Below, piece after piece: positions 29,728 through 39,480 of a DNA stretch of 62,802 bases. The stretch covers positions 1 through 62,802 of IMG/VR virus record IMGVR_UViG_3300034520_000265; one strand, given 5' to 3'. The position numbers and the translations under genes are program-made. The DNA is from a virus (Duplodnaviria; Caudoviricetes). Position 1 is the stretch's first letter. Each line of letters begins with the position of its first letter. The notes below the pieces were generated by a model that worked only from the letters and a program-made list of their open reading frames with translations, was not told where the DNA came from and did no database searches.

Positions 29728-30642
29728 ATGTTATTTAAAGAAGCTGAACACAATCCTTATGTTATTAATTCAAGTTTCGTAAACTTAATTAAAACAGCTG
29801 AAGGTTTTGATGAGGTAGTTGAAAGTGCTGAATCATATCTAAGATTGAAACTCAGAGAAGATGGATTCTTTAGAAGAATTCTTCCACCAAGACTTATAAC
29901 TCCTGCAGAACTTGACAGGGCCGAAACCACACTTTCACCTGTTAAAATCGAAGATAAGGAACCTGATGCACCAGCAGCAGTTACAATTGACTTTAGAGGT
30001 GGAGTAGAAACCAGATACGTAACTGCATCAAGATATACCGTTACATTCACTACTGTTAGCTCTAGAGAACAACAATACAGAGAACTCGAACTTATTACTT
30101 ATAAAGAACCAGTAACCGCTATACTCAAACATATTCTTGAAAAAGAAATTCAAGCTGAAGAAGATAGAAACTTTATAATTGCATCTGATAAAGCAGTAGA
30201 GAATTCCGGAAACCTTGTAAATGGTACAAACACTATCTTCACAAAAGAAGAATTTGTTTCTATGCTTGAAAAACTTACAGAAAAGAAATTAATGCTTGAA
30301 GTAGTCTTAATGCCATTAAAAATGTTCTATCACATTCTTAAATGGGATTTCTCACAACTTGGTTCTGACCTCTTAAAAGAAGTTATAATTGATGGTTATA
30401 AATACAACACAATTCTTGGAAAGAAATTTGTTACTACAAACAAATACGAAATAGTAAAACCAAATGTAGCATATGGATATACAGAACCTAAATTCCTTGG
30501 TAAAGCATACTTGCTCGATCAAGATATTAAATTCCAACTCAAAACAGAATACGACTTAATTAGATTCAAGATGTGGGAAAATATCGGTGCTGCTATTGGT
30601 AACGCAAACGCTGTTGTTAAACTTGAACTTCCAACTGCATAG
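29728..30642 (+). CDS. Major capsid protein (HK97-like fold)
   Basis: 304 aa after protease/scaffold/decoration genes; LREDGFFRRILPP, EIQAEEDRNF spine helix, C-terminal WENIGAAIGNANAVVKL; codon usage looks highly expressed; followed by a terminator. Confidence 0.85.
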   Translation: MLFKEAEHNPYVINSSFVNLIKTAEGFDEVVESAESYLRLKLREDGFFRRILPPRLITPAELDRAETTLSPVKIEDKEPDAPAAVTIDFRGGVETRYVTASRYTVTFTTVSSREQQYRELELITYKEPVTAILKHILEKEIQAEEDRNFIIASDKAVENSGNLVNGTNTIFTKEEFVSMLEKLTEKKLMLEVVLMPLKMFYHILKWDFSQLGSDLLKEVIIDGYKYNTILGKKFVTTNKYEIVKPNVAYGYTEPKFLGKAYLLDQDIKFQLKTEYDLIRFKMWENIGAAIGNANAVVKLELPTA

Positions 30643-30647
30643 TAATT

Positions 30648-30675
30648 AGCCTCCACGTTGTAGTGGAGGCTTCTT
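30648..30675 (+). terminator. Intrinsic terminator after MCP
   Basis: AGCCTCCAC-GTTGTA-GTGGAGGCT then TCTT. Confidence 0.7.
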
Positions 30676-30722
30676 AAAATCTTCTTTTTTAAGGAGAAGG
30701 GGCGAATAAAGGAGGGATTATA

Positions 30723-31220
30723 ATGCCTGTAATTTATAATAAAAGCTATGCAACATTAATATTACCTTCTATAGGTAAAAGTATCAAAGGAAGAAAAAGC
30801 GCTTATCTGACAGATGAAGAGTTTGCTAAAATGAAAGGCGCTTTAATCGAATACGAAAAAATGGGTATTATTGCTATTGAATATAAAACTAAAGGTGTAA
30901 CAATGCAACTTGTACAAGATGAAAATGGTAATTTAAAAACGGTATTACAAAAAGATTCAGATAAAGTACAAGTTGAAACAAATGTAGATGTAGCAGAAAA
31001 ACAATCAAAGGAAGCACCTGCAGAAACAACAGAGAAATCAGAAACTCAAGAAAATCAATCAGTTACTGATGAGCAAGAAGATAACGATACTTCAAATTCC
31101 ACAAAAAGCAGTAGTTCCACAAAAAAGAGTAGTTCAAAGAAGAGTAGTTCAAAGAAGAGTAGTTCAAAGAAGAGTAGCGGCTCAAAAGTAACTAGAACCA
31201 AACAAATAAATATGGGGTAA
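30723..31220 (+). CDS. Hypothetical protein with disordered acidic then Ser/Lys-repeat tail
   Basis: 165 aa, GGAGGG RBS; (KSSSK)n tail. Confidence 0.6.
   Translation: MPVIYNKSYATLILPSIGKSIKGRKSAYLTDEEFAKMKGALIEYEKMGIIAIEYKTKGVTMQLVQDENGNLKTVLQKDSDKVQVETNVDVAEKQSKEAPAETTEKSETQENQSVTDEQEDNDTSNSTKSSSSTKKSSSKKSSSKKSSSKKSSGSKVTRTKQINMG
31125..31177 (+). repeat. 15-bp tandem repeat AAGAGTAGTTCAAAG (~3.5 copies)
   Basis: Copies start at 31125, 31140 and 31155, with a partial at 31170; encodes KSSSK. Confidence 0.9.
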
Positions 31221-31226
31221 TGGTGT

Positions 31227-31358
31227 ATGAATAATATAAATTTAATAGTAGCATTTATTAAAAGAACCAAAACTGAAAAAATGAAAATACCTATCCCATT
31301 AAAAAATTCTGATAAAGAAAAGAAAAATGCAATTGTTTTTATTATTGATTATAAATAA
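31227..31358 (+). CDS. Small hypothetical protein (43 aa, not in ORF track)
   Basis: MNNINLIVAFIKRTK...VFIIDYK; fills the operon gap. Confidence 0.35.
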   Translation: MNNINLIVAFIKRTKTEKMKIPIPLKNSDKEKKNAIVFIIDYK

Positions 31359-31380
31359 CAAATGAAGAGGGGGAGAAGAT

Positions 31381-31620
31381 ATGGAAGAAATTAAGACGGC
31401 AAGAGAATTTAAAACAACTGATATCGATTTGGCAACACACTTAGTATTGGAAGGATATACTAATTATAAATTAATTAAAAATCCAACCGGCTTTGTAACT
31501 ATAGTTTTTAACGGTGAAGATATAGAACAAAAAGTGAGAGAATTTCCAAATAGTATAACAAATAAGGTCCTTTCAACTTATTTCGGATTAAAGAAAATAG
31601 TTAGATTAGCTAATAAATAA
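31381..31620 (+). CDS. DUF5659-like small protein
   Basis: FKTTDIDLATHLVLEGY...VTIVF pattern resembles this phage family. Confidence 0.55.
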   Translation: MEEIKTAREFKTTDIDLATHLVLEGYTNYKLIKNPTGFVTIVFNGEDIEQKVREFPNSITNKVLSTYFGLKKIVRLANK

Positions 31621-31637
31621 CAGGAGGTGTATTTCAT

Positions 31638-32255
31638 ATGAGAAGTGCATTTTTAAAAGTATTTACAAGTTCAGCTAAAGATGCAAAAGATTTTAATGTA
31701 GAAAATCCTTCAGACAACGCAGATGCACAACTTTATTTGCCTGGAATTACCAATTACGATGATTCTGTTTATGTAACAAGTGATAACGTTGCAAATTATA
31801 AAATAATCGTTGATGGAAACAACCCAACTCATAGTGCTGTTCTTGTAACTAAACTTAAATTCTTGGATCTTTCATCAGAACAAACATTAATAAGCAATGT
31901 AAGAATGTATCTTACAGGTACAGTAGCTTCAGGTGCTTTCGTCGCTGTAAAAACAGCTGCTGATTTAACTGGACTTGATCCTGTAGCAGCATTAAGCGAC
32001 TTTACACATTACTTTACAGATGATACAACAGCAACAAGTGATGCTTCCTTGTTCTCTGGAAAAACAAGAATTATAGATACAGATGACGCAACTTACGTTC
32101 AAATTCCAGTAAATGGTGCATTCGATCAACCATTTGAAACTGATTATATTCTTTTCCAACTCCAAATTAACCAAGGAACCGAAAAGATCACAACTACAAA
32201 TGTTCTTCAAGGAGTCACAATTACATTCCTTTACGATGAAGAAGAAAATGTATAG
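31638..32255 (+). CDS. Beta-rich probable structural protein
   Basis: 205 aa, AGGAGGTG RBS, codon usage like the MCP; last gene of the capsid operon. Confidence 0.55.
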   Translation: MRSAFLKVFTSSAKDAKDFNVENPSDNADAQLYLPGITNYDDSVYVTSDNVANYKIIVDGNNPTHSAVLVTKLKFLDLSSEQTLISNVRMYLTGTVASGAFVAVKTAADLTGLDPVAALSDFTHYFTDDTTATSDASLFSGKTRIIDTDDATYVQIPVNGAFDQPFETDYILFQLQINQGTEKITTTNVLQGVTITFLYDEEENV

Positions 32256-32259
32256 TGAT

Positions 32260-32301
32260 AAAAAAAAATAAAAAAGAAAAGCCCCTCATCGAGAGGGGCT
32301 T
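32260..32301. terminator. Bidirectional intrinsic terminator between convergent operons
   Basis: AAGCCCCTC-ATCGA-GAGGGGCTT, preceded by a long A tract. Confidence 0.8.
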
Positions 32302-32306
32302 AATTA

Positions 32307-33428
32307 TTATTCTTCTTTGTCTTCAAATGTTATTTTCGCTACCTTTTCAGTGTGTACAAATTCTTGCGGTAAATCAATATTTAATTTATTTAACAAGGTT
32401 TTTGTAATGTTAACTGCATTGAGTAACGTTTCAGATGGGATTTGTGCGTCTATAAGCATTTGCCTTATACTCTCTTCGTCTAATATTGTCTTGTTATATG
32501 TCTTTTTAACTATTCTAACGTTTTTCCCTTCTAATTCATCTACATCTTGTATTTTTTGTTGAATGTATTCTTCAATTAAGTTCAGTGCTCTCTTTAATGG
32601 TAGATACATATCTATTAAAGCTTCTTGTTCGTCATTTTCTATCTTTTCTTCTACAACTTCTGGCGATGCTTGTTTTACATATGGACAATGTACTGCAACT
32701 GAACACCAATTACAATGTGTTCCAGGTACAGCACTATATTCATCTGAATCCATAAGCTTTTTGTACATCTCTACAAAATCATCATCTTTAATATCCGATA
32801 CATTAATTTTCCATGTAGAGAAAGCATCTTTAGTATCAAATCTAACGTACCAGAAGTATACATTTATTACATCATTGTCACTCAATCCAAAATAGTGCTT
32901 TGCTAAGAATGCATAATAGAATAATTGTAATTCATCTGCATTTTGCATCTTATTGGTTTTAAAATCTAAAACATGAACTGTTTTGGTATTGAAGAATTCT
33001 TCAAACCATACAAAGTCAAATATTCCTCTAAATACTGCTTTGCTATCATTAAAATCACAAGGTTGCAAATTTTCATCTAACGCAACTTGTAATTCACTGT
33101 GATAATCTACATCTTTTAAGGTAGTGAGTAAATCAACGTTAATGTTTTTTATTATTTCTAATATTTCAGTTTGTACTTCAGGTGCCAGATCAGAATTCAT
33201 AAGTTTTTGTGTGGTTACATCTTCAAATACTTTGGTAATTGATTTCGAAGGAAATGCTTTAATTGTATTAATTGTTTCTTCTAAAATTTCATGGACTGTT
33301 TTACCTATTTGAAGTGCAGATGTTTCGATTTGAATTCTTGGTAGTTTATCTAAATATACCATTTTAAACTGAAGCGGACACTTCTTGAACATACTCATCA
33401 TTGTGTAACTCATTGGTAAACTCATCAA
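32307..33428 (-). CDS. PD-(D/E)XK Cas4/RecB-like exonuclease
   Basis: SYT...KCP, GKTVHEILE, RGIFD, VLDFKT, QLFYY and C-terminal CNWC....HCP (four-Cys Fe-S signature). Confidence 0.85.
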   Translation of the reverse strand: MMSLPMSYTMMSMFKKCPLQFKMVYLDKLPRIQIETSALQIGKTVHEILEETINTIKAFPSKSITKVFEDVTTQKLMNSDLAPEVQTEILEIIKNINVDLLTTLKDVDYHSELQVALDENLQPCDFNDSKAVFRGIFDFVWFEEFFNTKTVHVLDFKTNKMQNADELQLFYYAFLAKHYFGLSDNDVINVYFWYVRFDTKDAFSTWKINVSDIKDDDFVEMYKKLMDSDEYSAVPGTHCNWCSVAVHCPYVKQASPEVVEEKIENDEQEALIDMYLPLKRALNLIEEYIQQKIQDVDELEGKNVRIVKKTYNKTILDEESIRQMLIDAQIPSETLLNAVNITKTLLNKLNIDLPQEFVHTEKVAKITFEDKEE

Positions 33429-34210
33429 AATCCACCTCCTACTCCATTATTAATATACTCTTGAATAACATTATATACTCTTTCTGCATCTTCTTCGTTT
33501 AATTCTGTGAATTTAGAAACACCATAGAACTCCAATTCTTGTTGTACTAAATCAATAATTTCTGGTTGCTGCTTCGATAATGTAATTAATTCTTTATACA
33601 ACTGCATTGTCTTACTTGAAATTGGTTGTGGTTGTGGTTGTACAGATGATTGTGGATTAGAAGCTGTATTATTATAATCATTTGAATCATCTTCTACTTC
33701 GTCAATTGCTTCTGCTTCTAATCCAACTCCAAGAGCATTTAAACATCTACCTAATGCATTTGTTTGTAATTTCTTAAATGTAAAATCATCTGCACTAACA
33801 TTTCCTATATTGACTGTTGATACACTATAAAGCTTATCTCCACCTATTTTATCTTTATATACATTCAATTCACAGGTTAATACAACAAAATACATTTGAT
33901 TCTGAGTTTGTTGTATAGTGTTTTGTTGATTCTGATTAGGTTGTGGACGTGTTATAATTGGTTTGATATCAGATAGATTATATTTGATTTCATAAGCCCA
34001 ATTCTTTTGATCGCATACTTCTTTGAATATCTTTAATCGCCCTTCTATAGTAAGATATTCTATTATATATACTTCCCCTGTTTTCTTATTTGATCTTTTT
34101 TGTTTGAGAATATAATCTTTAATTTGCTCTTTTGGAAATGTAATACCACACCAACCTATATTTTGTGGAATTTGTTTTATTACTTTTGGTGCATTGTACA
34201 TATTCTTCAC
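33425..34210 (-). CDS. Probable single-strand annealing protein (Rad52/Sak-like)
   Basis: YLTIEGRL...KKLQTNALGRCLNALGVG followed by a Q/P-rich linker; adjacent to the exonuclease. Confidence 0.55.
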   Translation of the reverse strand: MKNMYNAPKVIKQIPQNIGWCGITFPKEQIKDYILKQKRSNKKTGEVYIIEYLTIEGRLKIFKEVCDQKNWAYEIKYNLSDIKPIITRPQPNQNQQNTIQQTQNQMYFVVLTCELNVYKDKIGGDKLYSVSTVNIGNVSADDFTFKKLQTNALGRCLNALGVGLEAEAIDEVEDDSNDYNNTASNPQSSVQPQPQPISSKTMQLYKELITLSKQQPEIIDLVQQELEFYGVSKFTELNEEDAERVYNVIQEYINNGVGGGF

Positions 34211-34222
34211 TCTCCCTTCTCT

Positions 34223-36253
34223 TTATTTTTTTGATTTAAAACCAATGAAAAATTCTTTTGCTACATTAAGAATATTCGTCTTATCTTCGCCACCTTCAAC
34301 TGCAATTGTAAATTCTAATGATTTGCTATATAGCTTTTCTTCTACTAATTTTTCTACCGTCTTAAACTTTTCAGATGGTTCGTGTGCGACAAAATCGAAT
34401 ATGAACTTTGTTGTTTTTTCTTTATCGCCAAGACGATGGATACGATTAATTCTTTGCTGTACAACTGCAGGATTCCATGGTAAATCGTAATTAATTAGGT
34501 AATTTACAAATTGTAAATTAACACCATACGCTAATGTATCTGTCGCAATTAATATCCCTCCTTCTTTTTCTTTGAATTTGGAAATTAATTCCTCTTTCTT
34601 TTTATTAGATGTTGCACCAGTTATTACATATATACTCCTTCCTACTTTTGCTTTCTTTAAGAATTGCGCTATTCTGTCTGCTACCTGCGCAAATTGTGTG
34701 AATATTAATAAACGTTCTTTATCATCTAAATCTTCTAATATATCCAATAATGCTTCAATTTTTGGTGGAACTGATTCTTTCTTTGGTAGCATTTGTTTGA
34801 TTTCATCTGATGAAGTTAAGAATGGGTCATCTTCAACTACTCTTAAGTGCTGAAGCCATTTAAATAATTCCGATTGCTGATTTTTAAAACTCATTTTTCT
34901 AACCGTATCTAATATGTCTCTTTGTGTTTCATTGATTTCTATGTATCTTCTAGTTACTATCTTTTCTGGTAAGTCTTTTGCAACTTCTGATTTTACACGT
35001 CTAATAAACAGCGGCTTTGCAATCTCATAGAACAACTTTAGATTTTTAAAACCTTCTATAACTTCTACCGTCCTATTTTGAGTTCTAATATAAATTTCCT
35101 TAGTAATACAGAAATTACCCCTAAAGAAGTTATAACCAATGAAATCATTAATTAGAAATTCTAATATATTTTTAAAATCTTCGAGCTTATTTTCATAAGG
35201 TGTCCCGGTTAGTAGGATTTTAAAACTTTCTAAGGCTATTTGCTTGGATATTTTATGATTTATTGTGCTTTTGTTCTTGATTTTACTTGCTTCATCTATT
35301 ATAACTAAACTTCGTTTTCCAAGCGGTGGAATTAATGAGACTTTTAATTTGTTATTTTGCTGTACTTCTATGTTTTTGTATATTGTTTGTCTAAGTGCTT
35401 CAAAATTGATTATATGAACACCAGGCAAGTATAATTCCTTAAATGACCTTGGGTGAGAATCTAATACTTTTGCTTTTATTCCTTCGAATTTAAGGAATTC
35501 ATTTTTCCATTGCAGTTTCAGTGAGTTGGGACACACAACTAATACATTATCTATCTCTTCTTTTTGAAGAAGAATCGATGCAACCGCAATTGCTTGAACT
35601 GTTTTACCTAACCCCATTTCATCAGCTATTAAATAACCGTTCCAATTTAATTCATAAGCTTTGAGTGTGTTTATAACTCCATCTCTTTGAAATGGCATTA
35701 AGTAAGGTGGAAGTTTATATGCATTTTTCAGTTGATATTTCTCAAGCTCTAAATCAGGTTCATTAAAAATCAAACGTGAAACGATAGAACGTGTAGTAAA
35801 TGTATTAACTGTACTCCATGTGTTATAATAATCACTGTACTTAAAACCTAATTTTTGGAGTAATTTACGTTGATTATCATTTAGTTTCTTGTTATTAACA
35901 ACCAAAAAGCTTCCTTTACCATACGCTGGTTTCTCTATCTTCCATGTCCAATCTTTAGTCTTTGCGATTAATTCTTCTAATTTCTTTATATCTTCTGTAT
36001 TTGCACCAGCTTGAATTCCCCAGTTTTTTAAGGCGGTTAATGCTTCTTTATTCGGTAGTTTCTTAATTTCTATCTCCCAGCATTTATCATGCGGGTTCCA
36101 TCTTGTATTTGGTGGTCTTCCAAATTTTTCAAATGTTTGATAATCAGTAAAGAATTTAATAAATGTATTATCCACTACTATTGTTGTCGTTGGTCCGCTT
36201 AACATTATTGTCACTCCTTTCGCCTTTTTTCTTTTTCCTCGGTTTCGGTACAA
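34223..36253 (-). CDS. SNF2-family helicase
   Basis: IADEMGLGKT, VVCP, IIDEASKIKN, LTGTPYEN, LIFTQF, GVNLQ..YDLPWNPAVVQQRINRIHR; true start probably MLSGPTT. Confidence 0.92.
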   Translation of the reverse strand: MYRNRGKRKKAKGVTIMLSGPTTTIVVDNTFIKFFTDYQTFEKFGRPPNTRWNPHDKCWEIEIKKLPNKEALTALKNWGIQAGANTEDIKKLEELIAKTKDWTWKIEKPAYGKGSFLVVNNKKLNDNQRKLLQKLGFKYSDYYNTWSTVNTFTTRSIVSRLIFNEPDLELEKYQLKNAYKLPPYLMPFQRDGVINTLKAYELNWNGYLIADEMGLGKTVQAIAVASILLQKEEIDNVLVVCPNSLKLQWKNEFLKFEGIKAKVLDSHPRSFKELYLPGVHIINFEALRQTIYKNIEVQQNNKLKVSLIPPLGKRSLVIIDEASKIKNKSTINHKISKQIALESFKILLTGTPYENKLEDFKNILEFLINDFIGYNFFRGNFCITKEIYIRTQNRTVEVIEGFKNLKLFYEIAKPLFIRRVKSEVAKDLPEKIVTRRYIEINETQRDILDTVRKMSFKNQQSELFKWLQHLRVVEDDPFLTSSDEIKQMLPKKESVPPKIEALLDILEDLDDKERLLIFTQFAQVADRIAQFLKKAKVGRSIYVITGATSNKKKEELISKFKEKEGGILIATDTLAYGVNLQFVNYLINYDLPWNPAVVQQRINRIHRLGDKEKTTKFIFDFVAHEPSEKFKTVEKLVEEKLYSKSLEFTIAVEGGEDKTNILNVAKEFFIGFKSKK

Positions 36254-36626
36254 ATTGTAATGGTTTCTCGATCCCGTTTTCTAATAGTTCTCTGTTTAAT
36301 TGCCTACTGATTCTTGCAATTGCTTTATACGAAGGTTGAGTCCATGTCCATTCTTTTGTTTTTCTATTAAAGTATACTCTTGGTTTATAAAATAATACCC
36401 AAACAGTAAATGATCCTGCAAAGGTTAGTATACCATACTTCTTTAGTCCTTCTTTAATTGCTGTTTCTGCTTCCTGAGCTAATATTTCAGCTGTTTCTGT
36501 ATCCATTGTATCTTTGAATGTCTTTTGAAAATGCTTTTTAATCACTTTCCATGCTCTCGGGGCTCGATTGTTTATTTGCATTCCCTTCGGCTTGTATCTC
36601 TGGGCATCTTTGTAATTTTTTTGCAA
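36168..36626 (-). CDS. HU/IHF-like DNA-binding protein
   Basis: AIKEGLKKYGILTFAGSFTV....KPRVYFNRKTKE......YKAIARISRQL follows the HU arm pattern. Confidence 0.6.
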   Translation of the reverse strand: MQKNYKDAQRYKPKGMQINNRAPRAWKVIKKHFQKTFKDTMDTETAEILAQEAETAIKEGLKKYGILTFAGSFTVWVLFYKPRVYFNRKTKEWTWTQPSYKAIARISRQLNRELLENGIEKPLQFVPKPRKKKKGERSDNNVKRTNDNNSSG

Positions 36627-36852
36627 TTTTCTCCACCACCTTTTCCGCTAAGATATCTGCATATGCTGAATAAAAATCTTCTAATAAATCACTATTATAA
36701 TCAAGTAATCCTATTTTATGAGACATTAAATTTAAATACCAGAATAAAGCTTCTTCTGTTACTTGCCGAATAGTTATCCCTCTAAATTTCGCTATCTTTT
36801 TGAATTGATCATATATGTAATCAGGAATTCGCAAATAGTGCATAAGTTTCAA
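36538..36852 (-). CDS. Ribbon-helix-helix DNA-binding protein
   Basis: HYLRIPDYIYDQFKKIAKFRGITIRQVTEEAL. Confidence 0.65.
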   Translation of the reverse strand: MKLMHYLRIPDYIYDQFKKIAKFRGITIRQVTEEALFWYLNLMSHKIGLLDYNSDLLEDFYSAYADILAEKVVEKIAKKLQRCPEIQAEGNANKQSSPESMESD

Positions 36853-37273
36853 CCTCCGGGAGCAGTGATATTAATCCATTTAAATCAAACGTTGGTAAAT
36901 GTTTTAATGGTTCTGGCAACTCAACTATGTTTAATGTCTGATCACTTCTTTTAGTAAATTTGAGAATATCTGGATATGAAACTAAAATCTTATTCGTTAT
37001 TTCTAATAATTGCTTTAATGTCAAATCTGGAAAACATGTTTTAAGCATTAAATTGATATCTTTTACACTTTTTACAGTTGTAGCTAAGTGAATTACCAAA
37101 TTGTCTTTACCGTCCTTCTGCTGATTGTAAGCTGTATACTTTAATATTGTATCATTATTAATGTAGACAATTTTTGTTGTTATTAATTCTAATTCATCGG
37201 CTTGTGTTGCAAGTTCTTTTAATACAATATCAAAGAACACACGATTTTCAAAGTCCAACCATGCTTGAATCAT
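36821..37273 (-). CDS. Hypothetical protein
   Basis: 150 aa, GGGGGA RBS, in operon. Confidence 0.5.
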   Translation of the reverse strand: MIQAWLDFENRVFFDIVLKELATQADELELITTKIVYINNDTILKYTAYNQQKDGKDNLVIHLATTVKSVKDINLMLKTCFPDLTLKQLLEITNKILVSYPDILKFTKRSDQTLNIVELPEPLKHLPTFDLNGLISLLPEVETYALFANS

Positions 37274-37294
37274 TTTATTTCCCCCCTAAGCTTT

Positions 37295-38257
37295 TTATTG
37301 TGGTTGTTCTTCAAACATTGTATCTAAGAAATCGAAAAGAGATAAATTATTTACAGGTAATGAATTTTGTTTTGAATACATATAAATATGTTCTACGAGA
37401 TTACGCCCACCATTACCATAAATACTTTCTTTTTCCATAATATCCTCACGCTGCTGGAAGAAATATAACATTTCATCCAACTTATAATATAGAAAATACA
37501 AACACCAATTATATAAAACTGTAAAAATATCCAAACCGGGCATAATCACATCATAAGGTAGGCCATCTTCATCTGCTTTTGATAAAAGTAATAATTGATC
37601 TTTACTACTTTGAGGAACCATTTGGTGGGCAATAGTCAATAGAATATTTTCAAGATGCTCTTCAAAATATTGTGGACGTTGCTTTTGCAAAAAGTATAAA
37701 TTCTTGCTCCATATACTAATTAGGAATATAATATCACCACGTGCTGTGTATTGATTAATCTTTGGTAAATCATTAATTGTATTAACAATCAAACTCTGAT
37801 TATCTGTTTCTTCAAGCCTATACACTCCTTTGCTAAGCTGTATAGGCATCGCATCATAATCAATGATATAATTTCCGACACGGACGTAATCTTTTGTTCC
37901 AGAAAAATGTGAAGTTTCTACGATAAAATGGTCAACTTTAACCTCTTCTAATTTTTTATTCGATATTCTCCAAAAAAATGAAAATGTATTATCTTCATTT
38001 ATTCGAATTAAAACTTTATTTGGTCCCCCTAAATACATATTAGGTAATATAGGCATGGCAAATGTTTTGCCGTTTGAAATAGTTAAATATGGCTTTGATT
38101 CAAGTAATTTATTTATTGCTCCACCGTTAACAAGTAAACCATAATCTATTTTCGAAACATTATCCAGAATTAAAATTTTGCCTATATTCATAATATTACC
38201 ACCCCTTATTATAAATATTAATGTTTTTTCTTTTTGCGATAGAAATTCTTCAGCCAT
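37295..38257 (-). CDS. Hypothetical protein
   Basis: About 300 aa; likely start MNIGK after AGGGGTGG. Confidence 0.5.
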   Translation of the reverse strand: MAEEFLSQKEKTLIFIIRGGNIMNIGKILILDNVSKIDYGLLVNGGAINKLLESKPYLTISNGKTFAMPILPNMYLGGPNKVLIRINEDNTFSFFWRISNKKLEEVKVDHFIVETSHFSGTKDYVRVGNYIIDYDAMPIQLSKGVYRLEETDNQSLIVNTINDLPKINQYTARGDIIFLISIWSKNLYFLQKQRPQYFEEHLENILLTIAHQMVPQSSKDQLLLLSKADEDGLPYDVIMPGLDIFTVLYNWCLYFLYYKLDEMLYFFQQREDIMEKESIYGNGGRNLVEHIYMYSKQNSLPVNNLSLFDFLDTMFEEQPQ

Positions 38258-38517
38258 TCATTAAATTCTTCTTCTCGCCATGCTCTTATTTTATCAGCTA
38301 ATATCAATCCTCCTTTCGCACCATATTTTCTAAATACTTTATCTGCTAAAAACAACGCATAATTATCTGCAAACTCCTTACCATATATCTTCCTTGCTTT
38401 TAAAATGGATTCCTTCATAACGTACTTCATTTCCCTTAATTTATATTTATTATCTATATTAAATTTATCTGAAATTTGTTTGACTAATTGATTAATATTC
38501 ATGCCCGCCACCTCCAT
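38218..38517 (-). CDS. Small basic hypothetical protein
   Basis: First gene of the recombination operon; GGAGGTGG RBS before MNINQ. Confidence 0.5.
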   Translation of the reverse strand: MEVAGMNINQLVKQISDKFNIDNKYKLREMKYVMKESILKARKIYGKEFADNYALFLADKVFRKYGAKGGLILADKIRAWREEEFNEWLKNFYRKKKKH

Positions 38518-38528
38518 TATACAAGTTT

Positions 38529-38557
38529 ATTATATCATTATTTTGATTAAAAAACAA
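38529..38557 (-). promoter_or_regulatory. Sigma70-like early/middle promoter TTGTTT-N17-TATAAT with extended -10 TG
   Basis: Reverse strand reads TTGTTT-tttaatcaaaataatga-TATAAT, upstream of the recombination operon. Confidence 0.6.
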
Positions 38558-38580
38558 ACGAAAATTAGAAAGTTTACAAT

Positions 38581-38610
38581 AAGAGAAAGGGGCACTAAAA
38601 CCGTGCCCCT
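38581..38610 (-). terminator. Intrinsic terminator after the replication operon
   Basis: AGGGGCAC/GTGCCCCT stem with TTCTCTT tail on the minus strand. Confidence 0.7.
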
Positions 38611-38637
38611 CGAATTAAAAACAATATAATTGTTACA

Positions 38638-38946
38638 CTATGATTTTTTGATAATTTGATATTCTTCTAACGCTTTACCTAATTTCGTTATTTGCCCAGA
38701 TTTAACTAATCTTAAACCGTTTAATGCGTAACCAGCTATATCTTTTAGTGCGTCTTCTACTATTTCGTTGCCCGTTAATTCAGAGTTTGGATCTGATATT
38801 ACTTCTTTAATCCTTGCCACCTTATCGTTCAACCGAATAATAATTCCAATTAGACCATAATCAATCAAGTTTTTGTCACCATATTTTTTGTTTCTATCTA
38901 ACAAAAGTTCTTTTACCTCTTCAATGACTTTTTCTAAATCACCCAC
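38638..38946 (-). CDS. Nucleotide modification-associated domain 1 (DUF1599-like) protein
   Basis: RNKKYGD...GIIIRLNDKVARI...EDALKDIAGYA. Confidence 0.75.
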   Translation of the reverse strand: MGDLEKVIEEVKELLLDRNKKYGDKNLIDYGLIGIIIRLNDKVARIKEVISDPNSELTGNEIVEDALKDIAGYALNGLRLVKSGQITKLGKALEEYQIIKKS

Positions 38947-38959
38947 CAGAGATCCCTCC

Positions 38960-39466
38960 TTAAACGTTCAATTCTTGGCTCCTTAAATCAAATATTTTTT
39001 GAATTAGCTCAACATTATTTGTATTTTTAATTAAATCGACAATGCCGAGCCTTGTTCTTATTAACTCCTTTTTGCGCTCTGTACGAAAATGTCTCTTTAT
39101 GTCAATTATAAACTGAACAATTTGCTTTATTTCGGATAATGTAAGTTGAGTACTATAAAAACCAAATTTTAATTGTATTCCCGACATTTGGACTGTATAT
39201 TTCACATACAAAAACGTCTTTGGAATATTTACTATACGTTTTCGTGCAACTACCTTATAAAATACAGAGCGCTTTTTATAATTGAATAATGATTGCTCTT
39301 TTAAAAAGCCCGGTAAATCCATCTGATTGATTTGTTCTTTTAAATTTTCATTATCTTTCAATAATTCCCTAGCAAATAACGTTTGAACATATGAAACAGC
39401 GGCTTGAGTCGCCGCCGTAATATCTAAAAATTCCCATTTACTAAAGCTAATCTTAGAACGATACAT
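38960..39466 (-). CDS. Hypothetical protein
   Basis: 168 aa, AGGTGA RBS. Confidence 0.5.
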   Translation of the reverse strand: MYRSKISFSKWEFLDITAATQAAVSYVQTLFARELLKDNENLKEQINQMDLPGFLKEQSLFNYKKRSVFYKVVARKRIVNIPKTFLYVKYTVQMSGIQLKFGFYSTQLTLSEIKQIVQFIIDIKRHFRTERKKELIRTRLGIVDLIKNTNNVELIQKIFDLRSQELNV

Positions 39467-39480
39467 TATTTCACCTTCTG

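Noticed and set aside
30652-30680. Ninth late promoter TCCACG-N17-TAAAAT overlapping the MCP terminator
   Set aside because: Two mismatches to the motif and explained by the terminator stem; not counted.
31097-31177. CRISPR mini-array
   Set aside because: 15-bp units are contiguous with no spacers and lie inside a coding region.
32307-33428. CRISPR-Cas locus based on the Cas4-like gene
   Set aside because: No cas1/cas2 or array; context is a phage recombination operon.
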